From: an uncultured virus (IMG/VR IMGVR_UViG_3300028840_004051)
Lineage: Duplodnaviria > Heunggongvirae > Uroviricota > Caudoviricetes
DNA length: 35,962 nucleotides
Virus record (IMG/VR): IMGVR_UViG_3300028840_004051
Direction: 5' to 3' (one strand)
Position numbers and translations under genes: made by a program
Notes under the pieces: model-generated
Databases searched by the model: none
What the model was told of the DNA's origin: nothing
What the model saw: only the letters and a program-made list of their open reading frames with translations
In this document: positions 18,776 to 26,720 of the stretch, in pieces
Layout of the letters: each line of letters begins with the position of its first letter
How positions within the stretch are numbered: the stretch's first letter is position 1

Positions 18776-19190
18776 TGTTATAAACCTGTATCTGTAATAG
18801 AATACTTGCAATCAAGCCAGCAGCCGTGGTGACCAATGCTGTTGACATACCGTGGCTCATTTGACTCAATACAGACTGCATACATTTGACATCCTGGACG
18901 TTCACATCCGATAAAGCCACCGATAACATTTTCATAAAACCAAGCACTGTTCCAGTCATACCAAGTTTAGTCATCAACCCGGTACAAAACTTAGGAAAGG
19001 TATCATCACCATATTTACGATAGGTAATCGCTCCCATCTGTATCGAGCAGTAAATAAATATGCCAAGGATTAGGAACGATATCTTTGTGAAGTCAGCTTG
19101 GTTGACATATTTAAACCCACCATTGATTGCAAAGAATGTCAATCCAACACTTGTCAGAACAACGATTAACCACCATCTTAAAAATTTCAT
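18762..19190 (-). CDS. MotA/TolQ/ExbB proton-channel family protein
   Basis: LGMTGTVLGF and GMSTALVTTAAGL signature helices; four TM segments. ATG 19190 overlaps the upstream TGA. Confidence 0.88.
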   Translation of the reverse strand: MKFLRWWLIVVLTSVGLTFFAINGGFKYVNQADFTKISFLILGIFIYCSIQMGAITYRKYGDDTFPKFCTGLMTKLGMTGTVLGFMKMLSVALSDVNVQDVKCMQSVLSQMSHGMSTALVTTAAGLIASILLQIQVYNNENR

Positions 19191-19849
19191 TTTTCTTCCT
19201 TTATCAGGCCCCACTCAATCGCTTCATGGGTCCAAAAGTAAGTTGTATCCTCAATCATATCGCTCCATTTCTGCCGTGGTAGATTTGAGTTTCTGCAAAG
19301 GACATCAAGGTAGCGTTCTGTCATTAGATCAAACATTCGATCCAAACTCTTAACATCGCCTGCTGACAACTTCGAAGATTCAGAGGATGGGTTGAGCCCA
19401 ATCTCATGTACCATGAACATTGTATTAGGCAGGGCTGATCTTTTTTCCACTGATAGGAAGATCATCATAGCTGCCGACGCCACAATCCCCGACGCCTCAA
19501 CCTCCACATTATATTCCTTCTGTAATGCTGCCAGCATATCCCCTACCGCAAACCCACTCTTTGCCACCCCACCGTAGCAGTCAAGGTATATTTTGTAGTC
19601 TGTCACATTAGGGTAAAGCTCTCGAATTAATTGGATATCTGACCAAAGGTATACTTCATCCGTTCCTGCTAATGTATAGATTATCTTCACATATGCCGTA
19701 TTGTTGATGACCTTTGTAATCGAAGAAAGGGTGGGCTCATTGTAAGGAACTTCCATTGTTTTTGTCACTATTTCATCGGCTTTTATTACTGATGGAAAGC
19801 TGACAAAAAGAATAATTAATAATGATGGAATAATATTTTTTAATTTCAT
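19187..19849 (-). CDS. ClpP/crotonase-like serine protease with N-terminal signal peptide
   Basis: IYLDCYGG...G.A..D.L, GIVASAA (Ser), FMVHE (His), D.YF...EAIEWGLI. N-terminus MKLKNIIPSLLIILFVSFPSVIKA. Confidence 0.85.
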   Translation of the reverse strand: MKLKNIIPSLLIILFVSFPSVIKADEIVTKTMEVPYNEPTLSSITKVINNTAYVKIIYTLAGTDEVYLWSDIQLIRELYPNVTDYKIYLDCYGGVAKSGFAVGDMLAALQKEYNVEVEASGIVASAAMMIFLSVEKRSALPNTMFMVHEIGLNPSSESSKLSAGDVKSLDRMFDLMTERYLDVLCRNSNLPRQKWSDMIEDTTYFWTHEAIEWGLIKEEK

Positions 19850-19901
19850 TTTATTTACCTTTATCTATCTTTATGGTTTAGGTATTATTTGCTTGATTCA
19901 A

Positions 19902-20291
19902 TTAATACAAACCTATCCCTGGATAATAACCACCAGGGCCTTTTTTCTTTTTCTTATTACATTTTGTATCATCTTCTGAATCGCTTGATTTAACTTCTGG
20001 ATTCATACTCCCTTGATCCTTTTGGGCTTCCATATCATTCCCTTTTTCGTCTTTGAAGGACAGCCCGATATCAGTCTCTGAACAGATCGCGCGGAGCATC
20101 TCTATTATAATTGGTTCATTCTTAATGGGACCGTGGACGTGGATATGCCCATCGGCTCTTTTGAATACAGTCATATGATCCATGATCCCACGGCTACTGA
20201 GGAACTCCTTGCCTTCCTCTGAACAGTACCAGCAGTCACCAAATGGTTTAACGTTTAGATTTAATTTCTCTCCCATTTTCTTCTCTCCCAT
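19902..20291 (-). CDS. Hypothetical protein
   Basis: Co-directional ORF with two in-frame starts (20291 and 20276; MGEKKMGEK). Confidence 0.65.
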   Translation of the reverse strand: MGEKKMGEKLNLNVKPFGDCWYCSEEGKEFLSSRGIMDHMTVFKRADGHIHVHGPIKNEPIIIEMLRAICSETDIGLSFKDEKGNDMEAQKDQGSMNPEVKSSDSEDDTKCNKKKKKGPGGYYPGIGLY

Positions 20292-20295
20292 TTCT

Positions 20296-20631
20296 TTAGT
20301 TATGGTTTTTGATATACTGATCAAATGAGCCGATCAGGTTACTGAGCCTTGAATTGGTTATGGATAAGGAGTTGACGGCGGAATCAAGCCTTATCCTCAC
20401 CGCCTCTTGCTCTTTCCTTAGCTGTTCTATCTTGTCCCTGTTTGTTCTATCCATCGATTCTATCTTACCACAGATCATTTTATTACAGGCGGTTTGGGTA
20501 GCTTTACAGTGCTCTTTAAAATCATCCTTTCTGACGAAGACATTACCAGACCAGACCTTCAATATACCGCCTACGGCAAGGGCGACCGCTCCGAGTGTCC
20601 AGCCCCACAAATTCAATATCTTCTCTGGCAT
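20296..20631 (-). CDS. Single-TM plus coiled-coil membrane protein
   Basis: TAATG-coupled start 20631. TM helix, then F.EHC...Q.AC and a heptad-like tail, a pattern often seen in phage holin-like or XhlA-like proteins. Confidence 0.65.
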   Translation of the reverse strand: MPEKILNLWGWTLGAVALAVGGILKVWSGNVFVRKDDFKEHCKATQTACNKMICGKIESMDRTNRDKIEQLRKEQEAVRIRLDSAVNSLSITNSRLSNLIGSFDQYIKNHN

Positions 20632-20846
20632 TATTTCTCTCCTTCCAATTTCAACTTGTGTTTCCAAACATTATTTCGCTCACCGGGATAGTCACAGCGG
20701 TCACCATATTGACGACAGAAATAAAGACAACAATCACCATGCAGCGATTTAACGGCAGCAGGGCAGGTCTTTTGCCCATCTTCCCAATTCTTCTTATTGC
20801 ATCTCCATATGCCATCGTAATGACATATCAGCTCTCTATCGTCCAT
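20631..20846 (-). CDS. Small Cys-rich protein
   Basis: 71 aa with 7 Cys, in the operon. Confidence 0.55.
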   Translation of the reverse strand: MDDRELICHYDGIWRCNKKNWEDGQKTCPAAVKSLHGDCCLYFCRQYGDRCDYPGERNNVWKHKLKLEGEK

Positions 20847-20861
20847 TATTTTTGTTGAATC

Positions 20862-21383
20862 CTAAACATCAATGACTTCCTGTTCTTGATTCTTTCTCTC
20901 GATAATTGACTTCTGACTCAAGTAAGTAGTCCGCTTAAGCCCCAATCGCCTTGCTTTTTCAGCATTGGAACGCCCCCGTCTCTCCACGATCTCAAAACAC
21001 TTCCGATGGACTAATTCATCGATTTCTTTTAACTCCAATAACCGCCTGAATAAAAGCTGTTCAAGCGCCTTTTCAAGCATATCCTCATCACCAGTAAGCC
21101 TCGACTGTTCACTATTATGCCGCATCTCAATGTCATTGAGGTACTTCAGGGCTTTGGCTGAATTTCTTACAACTTGATTGTTAATCTGGGCTGCTTGGAC
21201 GAGAACCACATTCCCTGAAATGCTGTTAGAGAGTTTAGATAGGACATCAGCCCCTTCTTGGTCGACGATCATGCTTTGGGTAATATTGCTGTTACGAGAA
21301 TGGCAAGGGTTATCAAGGATATTATTCAGACATGCCCTCAGGCAATCGATGCTATCCTTGACCGGAACTAATTGTTTTGTCAT
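20862..21383 (-). CDS. Transcription regulator with C-terminal Fis/NtrC-type HTH
   Basis: LKEIDE...GRSNAEKARRLGLKRTTYLSQK. AGGAGG RBS before ATG 21383. Confidence 0.7.
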   Translation of the reverse strand: MTKQLVPVKDSIDCLRACLNNILDNPCHSRNSNITQSMIVDQEGADVLSKLSNSISGNVVLVQAAQINNQVVRNSAKALKYLNDIEMRHNSEQSRLTGDEDMLEKALEQLLFRRLLELKEIDELVHRKCFEIVERRGRSNAEKARRLGLKRTTYLSQKSIIERKNQEQEVIDV

Positions 21384-21462
21384 TTTCTTCCTCCTCATAA
21401 TAAATTATTTTGCTCCTAACTTATTATAAGGATTTATAACAATATTTCTTTGATGCATAGGA

Positions 21463-21852
21463 TTACCTCGCCGCTGTCGCAGCCCACCCCGTAACAATCA
21501 GCGCCCATAGATTATCCGTGATGCAGGAAATCTGAATCTGATCACCACTTGTGAAAATCATCTTACAAGCTGACGGCGACCAGCGATACCAAACAGAATT
21601 ACTCAAAGCATAACTCAAAAACTGCATATCAAACGTGGTTGCAGTTGAGCCACTTTCAATCGCATCCAAAGTGGCCCGTAGATAGATATCCGCAGAGCAT
21701 ACCCCAGAAAAATTAACCATTATAGTCCCAAGTTCAAATGGTCCATCTATATCAACGGTCTCATCCATATTGCCAACCGCACCGTCACCATTAGCAAAAA
21801 AAGCAAACTGTTTATAGGTCCTATTGTCCAGCCATCGTTCTGTAAATGTCAT
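21463..21852 (-). CDS. Hypothetical beta-rich protein (possible virion decoration protein)
   Basis: AAAGGA RBS. Alternating hydrophobic pattern. Directly after terL. Confidence 0.65.
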   Translation of the reverse strand: MTFTERWLDNRTYKQFAFFANGDGAVGNMDETVDIDGPFELGTIMVNFSGVCSADIYLRATLDAIESGSTATTFDMQFLSYALSNSVWYRWSPSACKMIFTSGDQIQISCITDNLWALIVTGWAATAAR

Positions 21853-21873
21853 TTTTTATTGTCCTTTCATGAT

Positions 21874-23262
21874 TTATACTGAAACTATCCTCACCGTAGC
21901 GCCTGTCCCTATCCCTGACAGCTTCTCTAATGCACCACTCGCCGCATCAGCTTGATCAACAAAAGGACCATCAGGGGCTATATCAATCTCATCTAAGAAT
22001 GCTTCATTCCAAGGACCGCGGACAAGTAAGACATTTCCCGCCTCTGCCTGACTTGCCAACGGCCCCCATCGCTGTGTTTTAGCAATATGCACAGCATTCC
22101 CTCGAAATTCAAATCCTCTTAAAATATTCCTGCGGTAATAATCAATGACTGTCTTTCCAGATGACCCTGGCTCCTGCTCCATCCATATCGGTACCCCGGG
22201 GCCATCCATATCCGCCACTTGCCGCACGAGAGTTTCAACTCTCCTTGGGGTCAAACGGTCTCTTACCATTGATGTTATAAAAAATAAACCATCTGATGTC
22301 ATTGTCATCTTACAGCCAACGGTATAAGCAGGCTGATCACCTTCATCATCTGCTTTTTTGGGGTCTGCTTCAGTCGCTGCCATATCCCAATATCTAATAG
22401 TTTTAACTGACCTCTTTGGAGCTTCATCAACAATCGGAAACCAACTGCGGCTGAACATCCGCCCTTGTGCTCGTATTTCCCAGTCGCCTTTTTCAAGCTG
22501 CTGCCTTGTTATAGGATCAATACCACTTTCAGAAAACGTCGTTTTATATTCGTCAGTATCAAGATACGGATTATCATCCATATTAGCAGGGATGAATACA
22601 CGACTCCCTCTTGTGTATGGATTAACATATCTATCCTTTACCCATGCCCCTCTTGCCACTTGTTCTCTTAAAGGAGGATTAGAGGCGCAACGGAATCTAA
22701 TCGGAACCGGGCTATTCTCCAACCTCCTCATACGAGAAAACATATATAGAGCTTGATTCTCCCGTATGCCGACGACCTCATCGATGCCGACATACTGGAA
22801 AGCTGATGACATATAATTAAAATGATCTTGGGGGCCGCTGAGATAACCGAATGTTAAGGTGGCTGGAAATGAATTGGTAGGAAATTCCCAGTAAGAACCA
22901 TCCCTCCATCTGGCATCAGTGCCTTGAAGCCATTCATGTGATCTGGGGATTAGCCCTTCTGGCTTACTTAAATTGGTATAGGTATCTCTAATTAGGATAG
23001 CATTGTAGCCTGGAATATCAACATACTGGAGGGCTGCCATTAATAAGGCATCACTTTTGCCACCACCTACCGCTCCGCCGTAGAATGCATCACGACAATT
23101 GAGTAACAAAAAGGCCTGCTGCTTTGGAGTAGGTGCGTGTGCAATGTACTTAGTGAATCGAGGTATTAGCAGGCTTTTGAGCTTCGGCTGAGAGGACACC
23201 AGATTCAACCAGTATTCGGATGACCTCTGCGGTATGTTCTGAGCTACTCCTTGCAATCTCAT
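21874..23262 (-). CDS. terL: Phage terminase large subunit
   Basis: PTPKQQ (Q motif), YGGAVGGGKS Walker A, VGIDE Walker B, ASNP, RYWDMAAT and DQADA nuclease motifs. Exact start uncertain. Confidence 0.95.
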   Translation of the reverse strand: MRLQGVAQNIPQRSSEYWLNLVSSQPKLKSLLIPRFTKYIAHAPTPKQQAFLLLNCRDAFYGGAVGGGKSDALLMAALQYVDIPGYNAILIRDTYTNLSKPEGLIPRSHEWLQGTDARWRDGSYWEFPTNSFPATLTFGYLSGPQDHFNYMSSAFQYVGIDEVVGIRENQALYMFSRMRRLENSPVPIRFRCASNPPLREQVARGAWVKDRYVNPYTRGSRVFIPANMDDNPYLDTDEYKTTFSESGIDPITRQQLEKGDWEIRAQGRMFSRSWFPIVDEAPKRSVKTIRYWDMAATEADPKKADDEGDQPAYTVGCKMTMTSDGLFFITSMVRDRLTPRRVETLVRQVADMDGPGVPIWMEQEPGSSGKTVIDYYRRNILRGFEFRGNAVHIAKTQRWGPLASQAEAGNVLLVRGPWNEAFLDEIDIAPDGPFVDQADAASGALEKLSGIGTGATVRIVSV

Positions 23263-23893
23263 CCACCACGTGTGTATGGGTATGCTCTTTTGTACCCTTT
23301 ACGGTCTCAGTCCGCTCATCTTTCCTAACCCAATTAAAGCGGTTAGTCATATTCATCATCCACTGGACTGAATTAAAATTATTTTTTCCAAGACCTAGTG
23401 CATTTCTCCCCATATCCAACCACCATGTCTCAGAGAGGGTCTGCCCTATCTGAACAGCCACCGCGAACTCTGGATGCTTATTCATCCAGGCTTCCATCGT
23501 GTCTTTAACAACACCTATTTCACCAGCTACCTCAGTCAACCCTCTGCCAGTTGACATCAACTGGATAACTTGAATGCAGGTCTGATCGCCTTTATATTTC
23601 GTAGGGGCGCCATAATTGTTTCTACGGCGTCTTGGCGGTGGTGAAGTTCCATTAGCTGCGGCAGCGGTAACTTCTTTTTGATACTTTTCTTCTTCTATTG
23701 TATCGAATTCTCTTCTTTTTTCTTCTATCTCTCGTTGATGGGATTCGAATAGAAAACGAGCTTTATGAGCCGACATAAATTCAAAAGGATTACCGTTACC
23801 GTCACCGTTCTTTTTATTCTTTGAACCAGGTGGACGGCCTCGACCTCTTTTTTGCCCATTTATTGGAGCTTTACGCTGTCTTTTAAAAGCCAT
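23150..23893 (-). CDS. terS: Phage terminase small subunit with N-terminal AT-hook extension
   Basis: Immediately upstream of terL. GAPTKY, HTH (EVAGEIGVVKDTMEAW), W...HPEF. N-terminal KRGRGRPPGSKNK. Confidence 0.8.
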   Translation of the reverse strand: MAFKRQRKAPINGQKRGRGRPPGSKNKKNGDGNGNPFEFMSAHKARFLFESHQREIEEKRREFDTIEEEKYQKEVTAAAANGTSPPPRRRRNNYGAPTKYKGDQTCIQVIQLMSTGRGLTEVAGEIGVVKDTMEAWMNKHPEFAVAVQIGQTLSETWWLDMGRNALGLGKNNFNSVQWMMNMTNRFNWVRKDERTETVKGTKEHTHTHVVDEIARSSSEHTAEVIRILVESGVLSAEAQKPANTSIH

Positions 23894-24120
23894 TTTCTAA
23901 GAATTTCCAATCAGGTTACTTTAAATTATAATATAGTACCTAAAATAATTAAATAAATTTCTATAAAAAAATTAAAAATCAAAGGAAATCGTAGAAAATA
24001 GCTAAAAATATATAAAAAAAATTAATTTGGGGCAATATATCCTGATAATTATTTATAATCTAATCTAATTAGATCGTACAAGATTAGGAAATTTTTATTT
24101 TATATATTATATTAAGGGCA
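23894..24120. promoter_or_regulatory. AT-rich divergent promoter region
   Basis: Strand switch of all genes. TATAAT on the minus strand at 23925-23930 and on the plus strand at 24054-24059. No clear -35 hexamers. Confidence 0.6.
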
Positions 24121-24140
24121 AATGAAAACAAAACCAAATA

Positions 24141-24428
24141 AAAAACGGCAGGGGGCGAAACAAGGACCCATTAAAAACGATCAGATCACCGGCTGTTTTT
24201 TAGACTGCGCAAATAGCGCGGTATCCGTCATCGAAAGATAAGTGAACGGAATCAAGACACTTTAGGGCGGAAATTGAGGACAATCCCTTAATTGGCTGAA
24301 TCGAATCAACGATCAGGGTTCAGTAAGCCAGTTTAAATTGCTAATTGATTAACCGAGCGAAAAATACGTGGTTGATATGGATGAGCTATCCTTTTATATA
24401 TAAAGGATGTCTGATCGATATTAACCAT
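24141..24428 (+). ncRNA. Candidate structured 5' leader of the early operon (multiple hairpins)
   Basis: Stems aaaaacggc/gctgttttt, tgcgc/gcgcg, tccgt..atc-gaaa-gat..acgga, taggg/ccctta, tggct..ctgaa/ttcag..agcca and tggttgatat/atattaacca enclosing atccttt/aaaggat. Confidence 0.45.
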
Positions 24429-24451
24429 AATAAATAGATAGGAGGTAAAAA

Positions 24452-24868
24452 ATGAAGCACTCTACGGATATCTATTCATTCTTTCAAATATGGAAGGATG
24501 GAAAGATAAAACCAACTCCCTATGAGGGCGGTGATTCAACCCTTCCTAAAGGCGAAAGCGTTATTTTCGCCTTTAGGGATAGAAGGGTTTTAGGAGCAGA
24601 GGTCGTGATTACTATACCAGATAATATCCCCCATGAGGTTGGGGGTTATTATGCGTATGGTTACGATAATGCTCTTCACATCAAAGAGGAGCTTTATATC
24701 AGGCAAGAAGTTCCTCTGTCAATCTGCGATGTAGAAATAGATGAAATCCCAGAAATAGATGATTTCGTCTACGATTGCCCTGAAAAAATTACAGGCAATC
24801 CTTTTACGGTTAGTTTTCGTAAAAAATCGCTTGCCTTTTTATCAACATATCAAAGGAGGGAAAAATGA
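24452..24868 (+). CDS. Hypothetical early protein
   Basis: Strong TAGGAGGT RBS. First gene of the rightward operon. Confidence 0.75.
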   Translation: MKHSTDIYSFFQIWKDGKIKPTPYEGGDSTLPKGESVIFAFRDRRVLGAEVVITIPDNIPHEVGGYYAYGYDNALHIKEELYIRQEVPLSICDVEIDEIPEIDDFVYDCPEKITGNPFTVSFRKKSLAFLSTYQRREK

Positions 24869-25566
24869 AAACTATTAGTAGCATCAAATTAGAAGGGCTA
24901 ACGACCGAGGTAGGGTGCCATGACGACGTTCCCCTACCGTGGGGAACTGTAAACGTCGAAACCTGCCGAATTAGCGGTAGGTTGCATTCTACTCGTGGAG
25001 GCGCGTGGTATTGGCGTCTTCCGGAAGATGCCATAATCGGCTATGGAGAATTTTGCCCGTATGTCGATTTCTATTTCTCCGGACGGGTAGAGAGGACCTC
25101 TCGCCGAGATGACATCCCCGAAGATGGATGGGGGATGCGAATCGGCGACAGGTGCTGGCTTTATTTGGAAGGCGAGATCTCGCCGTGCTGGTTGAAAAGG
25201 TTAGAGAACCTGCTCGTGTGCGATCAATTCGGAGTAAATTCCGAAAAAGCTCAACGGCAAGGGCATCTAACAGTGGAGGATATTAGCATGACACCTGCCC
25301 GGTTGGTAGCCCAGAACTTTCCGCTATGGAAAGACACCGGTCATCAAATGGACCTGCTAACCAGGCGAAAAATATACAATCACCAGTTTTTCGGGGATTG
25401 TAGGATTTTCTTCGTCGATGATCGCAGATACAGAGTTGAACCGTGGGTTTGGCTCGTCTATTGCGTGGATTCGACATGGGTGGTTAGCCCGGACCACCCT
25501 GATGATCCAATCTTATTGTCACCGGGATGGTACAGAGCAGAGCATCCGGTTAAATCTTACAGATAA
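24865..25566 (+). CDS. Hypothetical early protein
   Basis: GGAGG RBS and ATGA coupling. C-terminal SPDH...I.L.PGWY motif. Confidence 0.75.
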   Translation: MKTISSIKLEGLTTEVGCHDDVPLPWGTVNVETCRISGRLHSTRGGAWYWRLPEDAIIGYGEFCPYVDFYFSGRVERTSRRDDIPEDGWGMRIGDRCWLYLEGEISPCWLKRLENLLVCDQFGVNSEKAQRQGHLTVEDISMTPARLVAQNFPLWKDTGHQMDLLTRRKIYNHQFFGDCRIFFVDDRRYRVEPWVWLVYCVDSTWVVSPDHPDDPILLSPGWYRAEHPVKSYR

Positions 25567-25585
25567 TGATGGAATCCTTTTGGAC

Positions 25586-25651
25586 CAGCAAGATAGCCAT
25601 TAAGACTTGTGCGTTGCTGGTCGGCTTGGAGGACCGATCAGCAGGTTGGCT
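25586..25651 (+). ncRNA. Repeat A1: pistol-ribozyme-like structured RNA (P1-less)
   Basis: AGCCA-UUAAG-ACUUGU-GCG-[11-bp stem]-GU-UGGCU, with upstream GCAAG complementary to CUUGU. Confidence 0.65.
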
Positions 25652-25678
25652 TTTAACTTTTAACAAGGGAGGTACAAA

Positions 25679-25936
25679 ATGGCATGGACACCAACAAAGT
25701 GGGCATGTGGTCACGAGGGCCACATGCAATTATACGGAAAACATTCAGCTCGGGAATCGAAGGTGGCATATGAAGCCGGCAGGGTTTGCATGGTATGCTG
25801 GCTGATTGACGAGTGGGCCGAATCAAATGACCCGCGTTCGAAACGAGATGACCGCATGCAACTAGCGGAGAAGATAGCTGGAGGAAAAGGTATTCGGATT
25901 GATATCACAAAAGATTGCTCATATATGAGCACCTAA
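25679..25936 (+). CDS. Small early protein with probable Zn site
   Basis: GGAGGT RBS. CGH...CMVC. Confidence 0.8.
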   Translation: MAWTPTKWACGHEGHMQLYGKHSARESKVAYEAGRVCMVCWLIDEWAESNDPRSKRDDRMQLAEKIAGGKGIRIDITKDCSYMST

Positions 25937-25938
25937 AG

Positions 25939-25990
25939 GTTAACCTCAGTTTAAGCCCTATGGAAACATAGGGCTTATGCGGATGTTAAC
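25939..25990 (+). ncRNA. Repeat B1: long irregular hairpin (RNase III-site-like)
   Basis: gttaac-ctcagtt-taagccctatg-gaaa-catagggctta-tgcggat-gttaac. Confidence 0.6.
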
Positions 25991-26014
25991 TCAAAACAAG
26001 GGGAGGTAGGAAAA

Positions 26015-26281
26015 ATGAAATACAAATCAAAATGCTTACAACATTTAAATGCAACGCCAAAACCTTTAGTTGAAGGATTAATTACAATTAATGCAAAATT
26101 TGAAGTAAATACAAAACAAAAACAGAGAATCATATTATTCGAAACAAAAAAAGGCGGGTACGTTCTCCCTAATGAATTTTCTGTCGTAATTTACTACCAT
26201 ACAAACACAATTGGATTCAATAATCTTACATATGCTAAGGCATCGGCAATTTTCTGGGCATTGGCTTCTAATTTAGATTAA
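26015..26281 (+). CDS. Hypothetical early protein
   Basis: GGAGGT RBS supplied by the repeat B cassette. Confidence 0.7.
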   Translation: MKYKSKCLQHLNATPKPLVEGLITINAKFEVNTKQKQRIILFETKKGGYVLPNEFSVVIYYHTNTIGFNNLTYAKASAIFWALASNLD

Positions 26282-26294
26282 TCTGAATCTCTAA

Positions 26295-26360
26295 CAGCAA
26301 GATAGCCATTAAGACTTGTGCGTTGCTGGTCGGCTTGGAGGACCGATCAGCGGGTTGGCT
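26295..26360 (+). ncRNA. Repeat A2: pistol-ribozyme-like structured RNA
   Basis: 65/66 identical to A1; the single change converts U-A to U-G in the stem. Confidence 0.65.
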
Positions 26361-26390
26361 AAAACATTTAAATAGATAGGAGGTAGGAAA

Positions 26391-26648
26391 ATGACAAATT
26401 TGCATGAATTACAAAAATCTGGAATTAACATAGAATTTGGCAGGTGGTCCGGACAACACCCAGGCCTAAACAAATCATTTCTGGTTCATAATTCCACTGC
26501 AAAAAAAATAATGGAATATCATAATTCTGGCTACAAAATTATAGTCGGTAACTCGCCATATGGACCTGGAATTATGATATCTCAATTCAATTCCCGATAT
26601 CATGGGCATTCAATCAGAACTATCAGAGCAGTCAAAAAATCAAGCTAG
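26391..26648 (+). CDS. Hypothetical early protein
   Basis: TAGGAGGT RBS. Confidence 0.7.
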   Translation: MTNLHELQKSGINIEFGRWSGQHPGLNKSFLVHNSTAKKIMEYHNSGYKIIVGNSPYGPGIMISQFNSRYHGHSIRTIRAVKKSS

Positions 26649-26697
26649 CCTCAGTTTAAGCGCCATGCTCAGGTATGGCGCTTATGCGGATGTTAAC
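26644..26697 (+). ncRNA. Repeat B2: long irregular hairpin
   Basis: Same flanks as B1 with a different but still paired apical stem (taagcgccatgc/gtatggcgctta). Confidence 0.6.
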
Positions 26698-26720
26698 TCA
26701 AAACAAAGGGAGGTAGGAAA

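Noticed and set aside
18188..19190. Zorya (ZorAB) defence system or flagellar MotAB
   Set aside because: The A subunit lacks the long ZorA tail, the B subunit lacks an OmpA-like domain, and no zorC/D/E or flagellar genes are present.
19187..19849. Prohead maturation protease
   Set aside because: It has a signal peptide and no neighbouring portal or capsid gene; not fully excluded.
927..23453. Numerous short plus-strand ORFs in the left arm (and minus-strand ORFs in the right arm)
   Set aside because: They lie antisense to well-supported, tightly coupled genes and show no recognisable motifs.
24141..24260. c-di-GMP riboswitch or tRNA in the early leader
   Set aside because: GAAA loops are present, but I could not fit the riboswitch consensus or a cloverleaf.
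25566..25805. 79-aa plus-strand ORF across repeat A1
   Set aside because: It runs through the structured repeat and overlaps the better-supported 25679-25936 gene, which has a strong RBS.
25939..26697. Family B hairpins as intrinsic terminators or hammerhead/twister ribozymes
   Set aside because: No U-tract follows, and neither CUGANGA/GAAA nor twister core motifs are present in the right arrangement.
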